DNA of 63,973 nucleotides, the filler included, from Rhizaria sp. SCN 62-66 (Eukaryota), in NCBI GenBank assembly GCA_001724265.1. It is 3 parts of 3 records of this genome, joined end to end, with 100 filler letters (N's around TTAATTAATTAA, not from the genome) between each part and the next. Parts side by side here need not be neighbours in the genome. Positions count along the whole stretch, not along the records: positions 27,702 to 55,307 come from MEDY01000401.1; positions 55,408 to 63,973 come from MEDY01000583.1; 1 more part is not named here. One strand, 5' to 3'. Position numbers and translations under genes: made by a program. Positions 50,605-62,000 of this stretch are shown one piece after another. Position 1 is the first letter of the stretch. Each line of letters starts with the position of its first letter. The notes beneath the pieces are model-generated. The model did not search any database. It saw only the letters and a list, made by a program, of their open reading frames with translations, and was not told where the DNA came from.

Positions 50605-51957
50605 TCAGATCGCCGAGGGCAGGCTGTGGCTCTGCTCCAGCGCCCGGATCGCCTCCCGCTCGGCCGCCTCGGCGCTCAGCACACCGCTGCTGTTTGCGCC
50701 GCCGCTGCTAGCGCTGCCGCTGCTAGCGTGAGCGTGTGCGCCGTGGGCGTGGGTGCCCTGCAGCAGCGCGCGGCGCTGGCCGAGGATCGAGGTGAGGTAC
50801 TGCGCCGAGAGGCTGTGCAGCGCCATCACCTCAGCGCTGTCGAGCCCGCCGCCCGCGCCCGCGCCACCGCCCGCGCCGGCAGCGAAACTGGCACCGCTGT
50901 CGTTTGGCACACTGCTGTTCGACTCGGGCCCCCCAGAGCCGGGACCGGGCCCAGCGCCGCTCTGACCGTGACCGTGTCCGTGTCCGTGTCCGTGGGCGGG
51001 CGAGACCGGCAGGAGCGAGTGGCGGCCGCCGAGGAGCGCGAGCGTGGTCCGCGCGAGGTCTTCCTGGCACCGCGCCAGCGCCGCAGCCACCGCGGGCGGC
51101 CGGGCCACCGTCGGCAGCGGCGCCGCGGCGTACTGCTGCGGCGCCTGCGGCTGCGTCTGCGTCAGCGGCTGTGGCCGTGGCCGAGAAGGTTGGGACTGCG
51201 CGGCCGATTGAGGGGTGGCGAGGGGGGCGGCCGGGGGCAGCGCGGGGCCGGCGAAGACAGCGGGCGACTGCGGCGAGCGCAACAGAGAGGACGTCGTAGG
51301 CACAAACGGCGCAGTTGGCTGAGCAGTCGCAGCTGCATCAGTCATGAGGTTGGATACCGATACTGACGCAGCGTCTGAGCTGGACTCGGGCGATGCAGCT
51401 GTCTGCTGCTGCTGCCGCTGCTGCTGCTGTTGAACCATGACAGAGTCCTCAGTATCGCACACGCTAGTAGCTCTAGCTCCTAACGCGCTCTCAGTTTCTG
51501 TCGCTGTCGCAACGGCGCCGGCTGCCGCGGCGGCCGTCTGCGCCGCGGCGGTTTGCGCGGCCTCGTACTCGGGGTCGGGCCCGTAGAGGTCGACGTCGCT
51601 GTCCTGGCCGTTGCCGTCGCTGTCGCTGTCGCGGTACAACGCTGCGCTAAGAGACTGCGCACCCGGAGACGCTTCGTCCGAGACAGCAGAGGCAGAGGCC
51701 ATGGCTCTGGCCAAGCCGGCGGTGGCGGTCCTCGCAGCCGGTCGGGAGGGGGAGGCGTCGGCCGACGGGACGGACTCTGAGTCCTTGCCGAGGTGCATAG
51801 CAGGAGCGCGCGCGCTCAGGGACAGATAGGAGCAGGGTAAGCCACGGGAACGCGCTGATGCGTTGAGGGAGGCCTCGGTGACACGCGGTGCGAGTGCCTG
51901 GGAGGCGTCAGAGAGGGCTGACTCAGTCTTGAGACCCGGGGTGTGGGAGGAGCGCAT
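50605..51957 (-). CDS. Hypothetical low-complexity protein, ~450 aa
   Basis: GC-rich ORF with coding-like codon use between AT-rich flanks; first ATG at 51957; no family recognised. Ends TGA, with a possible 22-codon extension. Confidence 0.65.
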   Translation of the reverse strand: MRSSHTPGLKTESALSDASQALAPRVTEASLNASARSRGLPCSYLSLSARAPAMHLGKDSESVPSADASPSRPAARTATAGLARAMASASAVSDEASPGAQSLSAALYRDSDSDGNGQDSDVDLYGPDPEYEAAQTAAAQTAAAAAGAVATATETESALGARATSVCDTEDSVMVQQQQQRQQQQTAASPESSSDAASVSVSNLMTDAAATAQPTAPFVPTTSSLLRSPQSPAVFAGPALPPAAPLATPQSAAQSQPSRPRPQPLTQTQPQAPQQYAAAPLPTVARPPAVAAALARCQEDLARTTLALLGGRHSLLPVSPAHGHGHGHGHGQSGAGPGPGSGGPESNSSVPNDSGASFAAGAGGGAGAGGGLDSAEVMALHSLSAQYLTSILGQRRALLQGTHAHGAHAHASSGSASSGGANSSGVLSAEAAEREAIRALEQSHSLPSAI

Positions 51958-52124
51958 ACTGGCGAATATCCGCCCCCAATGGTAGCGCAAAAAAAGTAGT
52001 AGCTAGGCCGCACGGGCGCGCAAGTGATACTATAAGATTTCGTGACGGGACGGAATGTATGCACGGGGATGACTTAGGGAAAATCTGCCTCAAGAGGGCT
52101 TTGTTTCTCGAGCGGCGTGGCAGC

Positions 52125-52141
52125 CTGGTTCCTAAAAATGG
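52125..52141 (+). promoter_or_regulatory. Candidate upstream motif CTGGTTCCTAAAAATGG, copy 2
   Basis: Lies in the divergent intergenic region between the orphan (-) and the Rab-like gene (+). Confidence 0.4.
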
Positions 52142-52573
52142 TAGGGCGTGATAGACAGCGCCAAGAAAGGACCTCAGAATGATTCGAATTGCGACAGTTC
52201 AATTGACTATAATACGTTTGTAGCGGCGTACCGTGAACTTTCTTTGGCTTTTTTATCGCGTCACTCTTTCAGCACTCGTAGCTGCGCGGTCTCAGAATCT
52301 TATTGACCTATTTTGCTTGAGATCAAGGATTGTGCCTCGTGCCGTACCTCATTTTCTTACAAAGCGCGTCGCTCGCGTTCTACTTTCTTGTTGCCAGATT
52401 TGCAATTTGAATACTTACAACACGCTCACATTTTATTATCTCCATACTGCTATATCATAGACCCTTTCGTTCTTCCCTCACATCAGAGGTGTGAGAAGCC
52501 CATCCTAAGTCCGGTTACCAACCTCTTGCTCGACCCCGACTCAGCGTCCGTTTCCGGTCTCCACACCTCGACC

Positions 52574-54310
52574 ATGCTTCCGGTCCCTACCTCGTCTTCC
52601 CAGTCGAGCGGTGGTGACTCCTCTCCCTCCGCGGGCGGCCCCGTGCGCCGCCGCGCTCGCTCGACGTCGCGCACGCCGCGTCAGTCGATCGGCGGCGGCC
52701 CGGCCCCCATCCTCACTGACGGTGAGGAGCTCGACCACATGTTCAAAATCGTCGTTTACGGTGATGCTGACACGGGCAAGACGAGCATCCTGCGCCGCTT
52801 CCTCTCAAACGAGTTTTTTGACACGTACGAGCCTTCGAAGGCCTCCGAGGTGCTGACCAAAGTTGTTTCGGTGCAGGACAAAATCAGTACCAAGAATGAC
52901 GCCTTCCGCATTAAGTGCGACTTCTGGGACCTCGCCGGCGCGAGCAAGTTCCGCCCCATCTCTCTGCCTTTTGCCAAGGGCGCCAACGGCTGTGTACTCG
53001 TCTACTCGGTGACCAACCGCGCGTCGTTCGAGAACATCGAGCGCTGGCTCAAGGACGTCTCCGGCGTCGTCGGCAAGGCGGCCTCGCCCGTGGACGAGGT
53101 CGTGTACGTGCTCGTCGCGCATAAAACGGACCTCGCCGTTGCTACACCCGACGCGCGCATGGTGTCGACGGCCGAGGGCGAGGAGCTGGCCGCCAAGTCG
53201 GGCCTCAAGTACGCCGAGGCATCCGCCAAGACAGGCGAGGGCGTCGACGAGGCCGTGCGCCTGGCCGTCGAGAGCGTCTTCGAGCAGCGCTACGAGGTCA
53301 TCCTGCAGGAGCGCGCGCGCGCCCGCGAGGCGCGGCTGAAGCGGCAGCTGCAGGCGCGGCTGGACTCGAAGGACCTGCGCCAGATGTATGCAGCGATGGA
53401 GGACGAGGAGGCCGCCAAGCAGGGCCGCGCGCTCACCGACGAGGAGCGCCTCGCGCTCGCCGATGAGGCGCGCCGCCGTAAGGAGCGCGAGGAGGAGCTG
53501 CGCGCGGCCCAGGCGCGTCGCAAGGCCGAGGAAGAGGCTGCCGAGGCGGCCCGCAAGAAGGCCGAGGAGGAGGCCGCCGCTGCCGCCGCCAAGAAGAAGG
53601 CGGAGGACGATGCCGCCGCCGCTGCCGCCGCCGCTGCCGCCGCCGCCGAGGCCGCGCGTCAGGCTGTGCTGGACGCCTAGCGCGCTGCCGCTGCCAAGGC
53701 TGCCGCCGAGGCCGCCGCGGCTGAGGCCGCCGCCGCCAAGGCCGCCGCAGACGCCGAGGAAGAGGCGCGCCGCCGTGATGAGCTGCTAGCTGCCGCGGCC
53801 GCCGACGCTGCGGCCGCCGAGTACGAGCGCTCGCTGGCACTGCTGGACGCCACTGCGGCCTCGGACGCGGGCGTGCTGGCGATGAGAGTCGACGACGAGG
53901 ACGACGAGGCGCCCGTGACGTGCCTCGAGACGATCTTCTGCCCGCTGCTGTCCTTCGGCGTCGTCGTGTTCATCATCGCGCTGCCGCTCATCGTGGCCAC
54001 TTTCCCGCTGTACCTCATCGCGCTGGGCATCTACCTGGCGCTGGGCCACCAGGTTGTGCCGCCGCGCATTGCTGCCCAGCGCCGTCGCCGCCGCGCCGCT
54101 GCCGCCGAGCGCGCGCGCTACGCGAAGAGCAAGCACGTCGCTGCGGGGGGCCTCAACGGCGACGTTGAGGCCGGCCACGGCCATGGCGCGACCGCCACCG
54201 GCGGGGTCCAGTTCATCCCCCCGAACAGCAGCAGCATCAGCGGCAACAAGGTTGTCGGCGCCACCGCCAACTCCAAGGCCTCCAGCAAGGGCTACGGCGC
54301 GCTGCTCTAA
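52574..54310 (+). CDS. Divergent Rab-like small GTPase with Ala/Glu/Arg helical stalk and C-terminal TM anchor, 578 aa; in-frame TAG at 53678-53680
   Basis: FKIVVYGDADTGKTS (G1), WDLAG (G3), HKTD (G4), EASAK (G5). The helix continues across the TAG into the in-frame ORF 53873-54310, which has a long hydrophobic segment. Ends TAA. Confidence 0.82.
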
Positions 54311-55208
54311 GCGACGATGAGCTGCAACATATAGCCCAACATGATAAGTTAGATCTTACAACTGGATGAAACGACCGCACAAACGACAACTGACGAGCGC
54401 TACGAGCCGCGACTGTGAGCAAAGTGACTGTGAGCTGAGTGAGCGGTGTCGCGGGTCGATTTAACAACGCAAACAGGTTGTCAGGTCATGCGTTTCATAC
54501 TATTTTTCATAGTTTCTGTTTTTGCTTTGTTTTTTTGTTGGGTTCAACTTAGCCAACCAAGGCATGTGAGAGATTAAGCACTTTTTTTATAGATTGTTTT
54601 TGTTTGCCTTGCTTCCCGTTTCAGTTTTCTATAATTTACGACTTAACTTGTAGGATTCGTTCACTCTCTATGTTCATATCACTTCTCTGTTTGTTTGTTA
54701 ATCACGGCACAATGCTTCAAAACGTACAGTCCATTTGACCGATTTTTTTCACGAAGCACACGACCGGACTGCGATGTTCATGTTCACACGTACTCGGATA
54801 CATGAGCGAGCTTTGAATCACAACGCAAACACACACATACGTATGCCGGACTATGTGCACAAATTGCGCCAATACATTAATCACTACGAGAACCTTGCTT
54901 TCATGTCCACACACGCGCAAAGACACACTGGCATTACACAGCACGGCACGATCAACACTGAGAGTGTTCGCGCGTCAGGAGTTGCACACGCGTTTGTCGA
55001 TAAGACCTGGTTTGTGTACTATGAGTTTAACGACCGTGACATATGAAGAAATAACATGATTGTGAATGTGAAGAAGTGATCAAGCGGTGTATTGTGATGT
55101 TGGGGTTTTTGAGAGCGAAAGTGAAGAACAACAGCAGCAGCAAGTTGTCTAACGAAAAAGCGACAGTCGTCATTAGCACAAGTGGCTAACAGTACAGCGG
55201 CAGCGCAC

Positions 55209-55307
55209 TTACTCGTCGGCCTTCTTGGCAGCCTTCTTGTCGGCGAGGGCCTTGTCGGCGGCCTTCTTGGCGATGATCTTCTCCATGCGGGACCAGTGCT
55301 TGGCGAG
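55209..55307 (-). CDS. 3' fragment of a Lys/Ala-rich, probably highly expressed protein (possibly the ribosomal protein eL13 C-terminus)
   Basis: Reads LAKHWSRMEKIIAKKAADKALADKKAAKKADE-TAA with strong GCC/AAG codon bias; truncated by the gap. The eL13 identity is only a resemblance. Confidence 0.55.
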   Translation of the reverse strand, partial: LAKHWSRMEKIIAKKAADKALADKKAAKKADE

Positions 55308-55407
55308 NNNNNNNNNNNNNNNNNNNNNNNNNNNNNNNNNNNNNNNNNNNNTTAATTAATTAANNNNNNNNNNNNNNNNNNNNNNNNNNNNNNNNNNNNN
55401 NNNNNNN
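55308..55407. other. Artificial contig spacer (Ns with TTAATTAATTAA)
   Basis: 100-nt N block with linker at 55352-55363. Confidence 0.97.
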
Positions 55408-55560
55408 ATAAATTGTTATTGTTGTTTTCACAGAAAAGAGAAGTCTGTGTACACAGGAAACGCCACCTTTATATACCCGCCCCGAAACGACCGTGGGTGG
55501 TGTTTGTCCCAGTGTGAGCCTGTGAGACTTGGTGTTTTATGCTAAATGTCGGTTGTGACA
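55408..55560. repeat. Dispersed repeat, copy 2 (at contig start)
   Basis: 55452-55560 matches 1-109; 55414-55462 resembles 17783-17830. Confidence 0.88.
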
Positions 55561-56056
55561 CAAGCGAGGTAACCTTGCATTTCCGCGCGGAAAATGCGCA
55601 CGGGACTGATATGCCGCGGGGGGTGACTTGTCACGTTGATTCTTTTCTGTCCCGAACTAAATTTAGATCGCCTTCCAAATAGTGCTGACCATGGCGGCGG
55701 CTTAATTAAACGTGTCAAATAATGATCATCGACCGGTAGATTGCTCACGCCTTTTGACCGGTGTCCCGTTTCCGACTTTTAACCGGCGCTCTGCTCGCGT
55801 ATACCCTCGGAAACTGTCATGCCATCGAGTTACAAAAATAGAAACACAGGTTTAGATCACATTCGTTTTTTGGCATTGTTGTCACATCACAGTTGTGCGT
55901 GCTAACCTAGAGTTCATTTTCATTCGATGGCTCCACTTGCTTGTTTGACTAGCTGTTTTTGCCTGTTTCCCCATGTAAAACACCACTCATGACACGTCCT
56001 TGCATTGACAATGATTGTGCTTGCATTTGCTCTGCTTGTTTTTCTGCACACATCAG

Positions 56057-59000
56057 ATGACTTCACTACAAAGTCTTCGGCGGGTTTGCTCGTTCGTGGG
56101 TCTCGTGGTGTTGGTTCTTATCTCGCTCGCTGCTCAAGTCACCGCTGACTTGTCGTTCACCGGCGTCACGCTCGTTGACGACTCAACGAACAACTTAGGG
56201 TCTGGCAAGTTTATCCTTGCGTGGGACTCGGCCGCCAACACGACGAGCACCACCATGTTTACGAACGTCCTCACCTTCAAGTTTGAGGGCGCTTCGACCG
56301 ACCCTGTTTTGTTTACCGCCGCCAGCGCCGATTTCTCATCCTCGGACTGTACCGCCACTGTCAACATCGACGGCACTAGCCGTGACATGTCGCTCTCTTT
56401 TGTCTGCTCACTGGGCATTTTTCCCCAAACAGCCAATAACGTGACCCTCACGATGACACGGAGTACAGCTACGATTGCATGTGACTCATATGCGCCCTAC
56501 AAGCTCTCCTCCGTCGGTTCCGGCGCTATCACTCCCAGTGATGTATCCGCAGCGTACTTCTGGAACCTGTGCCCTGTCTCGTTCACCGACGTGAAGCTCA
56601 CTTCCGGGCTCACCAACGGCCTCCTGGTCGTGACGCTCTCGTGGGCCGGCGCGACGGAGTCCGCGCACCAGACCTTCAACCCTAAACTCATCATCAAGAA
56701 CATCGCCGGCGTCGAGGTCTTTACCTCAGCTAGCGCCACGCCCGTTGCCATCGCCGGCTCTACCGTGACCGTCTCGACGGATCGCATCGGCGGCGTCAGC
56801 GGCGACACCCTGGTTCTGACCTTCGCGATCCCGGCCGGCGCGTCGCTCCCCCCCGCGGGCTCCGTCGTGCTCCCCGTAACCACCATCGGCATGTGTCCGA
56901 CCGCCTACAGCGGCACCTATCAGGTGTCCGCTTACCCGGCGGACCGCGTTACGGTGGCGGGCGCGCTCACGGGGATTGTGCAGCTCCCCGCGTGCCCGCG
57001 GCTTGACGGCGTCGTACTGGCCTCCACCACTACGGCCACGGGCGTCAACGTCACCGTGTCGTGGACCAACTTCACCAACTCGGACAACGTGGCCGTGGCG
57101 TCGCTGTCGCCGCTTCAGCTCGCGCCGTGGTCGTGGTCCAATGCAGAGGTGCTCGACGGCATCGGCGCGGGCTACGCCGAAGTCTCCGTTGCCACCGACA
57201 TCAAGATCGCCGTCAACTACACGCTTAACGCGTATACGCTCAAGTTCGTCGCGGAGAACGGCGCCACAATTCCCAGCAGCGGGACGTTTATGTTTGTGGC
57301 CAATCTCAACACTGAAATCGCCTGCGACAGCACCTCTACGTATTCCATTTCCCCTTTCAACGGCTCATTCCTCACTATGACCGGCACCTTCGGTGTCGTC
57401 GTCGTCAGCGCTGTCACTGCGACCGCGTGTCCCATCAACCGCTTCTCGCTGGCCACGCTCACTGCGAACGCCGACGACAGCAACGCCGGCGCCGGCTCGG
57501 CGACGCTGCGCGTGACGTGGTACAGGTTCGCGGAGAACTTCGGGCTCACCGCTGCAGGCGCTGACGTGCTCGCGATCAAGCCCATCCTTAACAAGGGCTT
57601 TTTCTCTGACGTTGACGGCGTTGTGACTGTGTTTAACGGCTCAGGTGCCGTCGCCACCGGCGTTACCGCGACCGCGAAGTTCGACGCTGCCAGCGGTGTC
57701 ATCACCGTCGCGATCGCCAAGGCCCCCAGCGCCACGTTCCCGTCTTCGGGCTACCTGGTCGTCAAGCCCACGCGCGCCACGGGCCAGGTTGCCATGGACA
57801 TCGGCTGCGAGGCCACGGCGATCTACACCGTCGCCGGCGCCAACGCGGATAACACTGTGGCCGCCTCCTACACCGACTCCCTTCTCGCCGACTACAAGTG
57901 GACCTGGTGCTCTGTGGCCGTGGGCGGCGCTGCGATCGCATTCTCGATTGAGGATGGCACGCCGCGCGTGTCGCTGGCCTGGGATGCGCTGGCCGCTTCG
58001 AGCGGAAACCCGCGATTACCGAAGCTGCGCGTTGTCATGACAAATGGCCTGTTTAGGGCCACCGAGCAAGTTATTTTCATCAATGACGTGTATACTCTTC
58101 CTGCTCTTTTCAAGGTTGAGACCGACGGCGGACCGATCATCGTGACTTTCAACCAGACCGCTGGCAGTGTGCTCCCCGTCTCAGGCTCTCTAGTCATGAC
58201 CCTCGACTATTTGGAGAACATCGTGTGCGACATTGATGCGAACAGGACCAGCATTACCCTCGAGTCCGCCGACAGCGCGGCTTCCGTCATTACCAACACC
58301 GCGGACCCCTCGAAGCTGACCGGTACTGCGCGCACGCCCGCGTGCCCGACGCTGAACGGCTTTTCCGTGACTCAGACCAACAACGGTGTCACCATGTCTT
58401 GGACTGGCTTTGATAACCCTGACTCGCTGACGCTCAAAACCTCAATGGTGAGCCTCGAGATGGTGCCCGTCAGCGCCGGCGTCACTGTCTTCAAGTCTGT
58501 TGTCAGCGACGTTATCCCGATTGAGAAGAGCACACACTACGCTTTTTTGTCTGTCAACAATGGCAACTTCTCGATCAGCTTCTTTCAGGCTGGCAATGAC
58601 GCGTTCCCTCAGATCGGCTTCGTCGAGTTAAAGCTCGAGCTTGTTGACCAGTGCGGCATCGAGAACATTGCATACCAGGTGCGTCCTGCCGCAGCCAAGG
58701 GCATCGGCATGAGCGCTGTTGGGAACTTTGTTGCCCGCACACTCCCCTGCATCCACGCCTTCTCCGGCGTGCGCCTCACCGCGCCCTTTGCCGATGACTC
58801 TGTCAACAAGACGGCGATCCTGACCGGCTCCACGGGCTTCCGCTTTGCGTGGAGCGATTACAAGTCGGACGCCACAAGTTTCAGCGAGGTCGTAAAGATT
58901 AGCATCGTGGATGACACATTCTCCGGGCCCTCGCTGCTGATCGACGCGACCAGCGCGCCCGCCGCGCTGCGCGACGCCGCCACAGGCGAGCCCGTCGTCG

Positions 59001-62000
59001 GCTGGACTGTCCAAGCCTCCGTCGCCAGCTCCGTCGTTGCGCTGTCTTTTGTCCAGACGGGCACCGCGGCGTTTCCGACCGCGGCGTACGTGGACGTGCA
59101 GCCCCCGCGCGCCCAGGATGCGCACACCTGCCAGGACGTTGAGCTCTACTCGGTCGCTAATCTGGACGGCGTCTCGACCTTTGCCGCCGCCGATGGCAAC
59201 TCTGAGTTGCTCTCGACGTTGTACGTGTGGGCGGTGTGCCCCGTTAAGTTCGACACCATGCGGCTGACCCCGATGGTCGACAACGGCGTGGTCAAGCTCG
59301 CCGTGGACTGGAACGATGTCGCCGTGGACAGCTACAACACGATTGCCCCGGCGCTCAAGATAAGCCGCGAGAACGGCACCGCGGTCTACGCGGAGGCCTG
59401 GGGCCCCGAGACTGTGGCCGTCAACGCAAACGTCAGCGTCACCGTCCAGAGCGTCGGCGGCGAGATTGCGCTCGAGTTCACTCTCTACAACGGCGCTACT
59501 GTGCCTAAGACCGGCTCGTTCCGATTCCCGCCAGCGGTCAGCGCATCTGCGCACTCGTGCGTCGAGAGCCTCACGGGCGTTTACAAGATCTCTTCGGGCA
59601 ACGAGGCTCTAGCAACGGTCAACAACAAGAACGACGCCGACCTCGTGTTTGCCGAGGCGCGCGCCCTTAGCTGCCCGAGCTTCACCGGTATGTCGCTCAC
59701 GCTTCTCGGCAACACGATGACGGTTGCTTGGACGGGTTACATCAATTATGACGATGTCCCGACTGGCAACTTCTCCACGTACTCGATTTCGCTTGACGCG
59801 GAGTCGGTGCCCGTTCTCACGAATGTCACTGACGCGACGAGCACGATCGACCTGGGCGACGGTGTCACCGTTAATGTGTGGTTCGTTGACAACGACTTCC
59901 ACTTTAGCTTTTCCGCCGTTGATCTTGAGACCATCGCCAACGCGGGCTCCTTCTCCTTCGACGTTGACAAGATTGCCGAGTGCGGCCTCACAAGTCAGTA
60001 CACTCTCGGCGTGGACGACGCCACCGCCTCGGGCTTCTCCGGCACCGCCCTCACCGTCACCGCCGTCTCCGCAACCTGCCCCGACCCTGCCGTGTTCTCC
60101 GGAGTCTCGCTCGCCTCAGAGACCCTCGCCAGCACCTTCAAATTCGTCGCCACGTGGACCGGATTCACTAACGCCCAGGGCGCGTCCCTTGCGCTGACCT
60201 TCCGTATTGCGCTCACCACAGGCGCCAGCGACATTTTCAACACCGCGTCCACCAACTCTGTTGTGCTCATTGACGTTGACTCGAACATCGGCGACCTCGG
60301 CATCGCCACAGTCACCTTGGCCAACGACGCTTACATCGTCGCCCTCGCCCCAACTGCGGGGACCCCCGTGCCCGCCAACGGCCGCCTCACTGTGTCGCTC
60401 ACGCTCAGATCCGCTGCGGCCTGCGGCACCACGTCCACGTTCGCCCTCGAATCGGCGTCCGCGAAGGCGGTGACGCTGGTGTCCGAGGGCGCGACCTCTG
60501 TGTCCTACTCCACGCCGTCCTGCATGCCAACCTTCACTGGGCTAAGCCTCGCTGGCGACACAGCGACTCTCAGCGGCAACAAGGGACTCGTTATTGCCTG
60601 GACTGACTTCTCCAACAAGGATGCCAAATCCCTCGCGAACGCGTTTGTCATCACTCGCATTAACGCCTTCTATGCCAATCCTTTCACTGGCGTCCCCACC
60701 ACCGCGCAGCCTGTCAAGGACGCCGCCGGCGCTGATGTGACTGGCGTCACCGCGAGCCTCAGCTACAGCAGCGTCTCCGGCGACATTACTGTGTCGTTTG
60801 CTCTTGCGGCTGGCGTCGTGTTCCCCACACAGGGCTCTCTCGCCGTGACGCCCACGGTCGACGCGACTCTGGCTTGCGATCAGACTACTTACCTCCGGCT
60901 CGACATCAACTCAACTGTGGTCAGGTCCTCCGCTCCCAAGGTGATCACTTTCGGCTTCAAGTCGTCCGTGTGCACGTATATGCAAGACTTTAACGTGACT
61001 CAGGTCTCGCAGAGCGGGGCGCAGCTCACTCTTGCGGTTACCTACGAATACTTCCAGCAGGGCCTCAAGGAGGGAGTGATCACGCTTGAGAGCTTCGATC
61101 ACACTGATCTCTACACCGACCTCCCCGCCATGGACATTATTGTCACCGCCGACGACTTTGCCCAGATCACGGTCACTGGCAGCGTTGCAAACGGCGTCAT
61201 CACGCTCCCGCTGACCGACAAGCTGCCCCGTGCCGGCGGCAGGCTGCAGTTTACGCTGCAGCTCGCCGTCACCGCGGACTGCGACCTTACCACCACGCTG
61301 ATGCCATCCTTACAGGGCGAGGTCTTTGCTTCGCTTGTCACACCCGGCCTTGCCTGCACCTACGACTGGCGCTGCACCGGCGCGTCCGCAGGCGCTGCCT
61401 CCGACGGCCTTGTGTGCTCGACCACGGACGCCTCCCAGTTCAGCACTGTTTGCAGCAACAACTGCGGCAATGGCACGCTTTCCCTCGTTGAGTCCTACTG
61501 CTCGCGTCTCAATAACGGCACGTACATGGACAAGGCGACCGGCGCGTCCAAGTGCGTCGGCGCTAAGCCTGCGCTCACGCTGTCCTGCACTGACTACACC
61601 TGCCCCAGCGCCCTGTGGAGGTGCAGCGCCATCGGAGGCAATGTCTGGGTCGACTGCGCCAACGACGGCGCGTTCGGCACTTGCGAGAACTACTCTGGCT
61701 GCCACTTTAACGCTGCACTGAAGCGCACAGCTATGTGCGTCGCCACCTCGACCAGCACCACCGACCTTGGGAGCAACTGCCCCACTGCTGTTGTCGCAAA
61801 GAAGCCCGCGCTGATCAAGGACTGTGTGTCGAACCTCGACACGTGCTCCATGCGGTTCGACTCCGAGGACGAGTGCTACGACGCCGACAAGAAGCTCGCC
61901 ATCTGCGGTGCCGCAACGCGCAACGGAACATGCATCAACAACGCGACCAACAGCGACGTCGCGCTCGACCTGTGCGTGGAGGCCCAGGTGCCGCTCACGC

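Noticed and set aside
963-53680. Tiny in-frame GT..TAG introns (15-45 nt) as the explanation for the internal TAGs
   Set aside because: A Val codon upstream can always supply a GT. The candidate donors (GTGC, GTCA) do not match the GTACG/GTAAG consensus, and the segments are coding-like, unlike the 164-205 nt AT-rich introns. Disfavoured, but only RNA-seq can exclude it.
963-53680. Pyrrolysine decoding of UAG
   Set aside because: Pyrrolysine is known only from archaea and bacteria; there are no pyl genes here and the context is spliceosomal eukaryotic genes.
900-54310. Five independent pseudogenes
   Set aside because: Each has a single lesion, always TAG, with no frameshifts, intact motifs and intact splice sites. 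Random decay would not be so codon-specific.
54717-55059. Short ORFs in the CA-rich region between the Rab-like gene and the gap
   Set aside because: AT-rich with no coding codon bias; probably 3' UTR or intergenic sequence.
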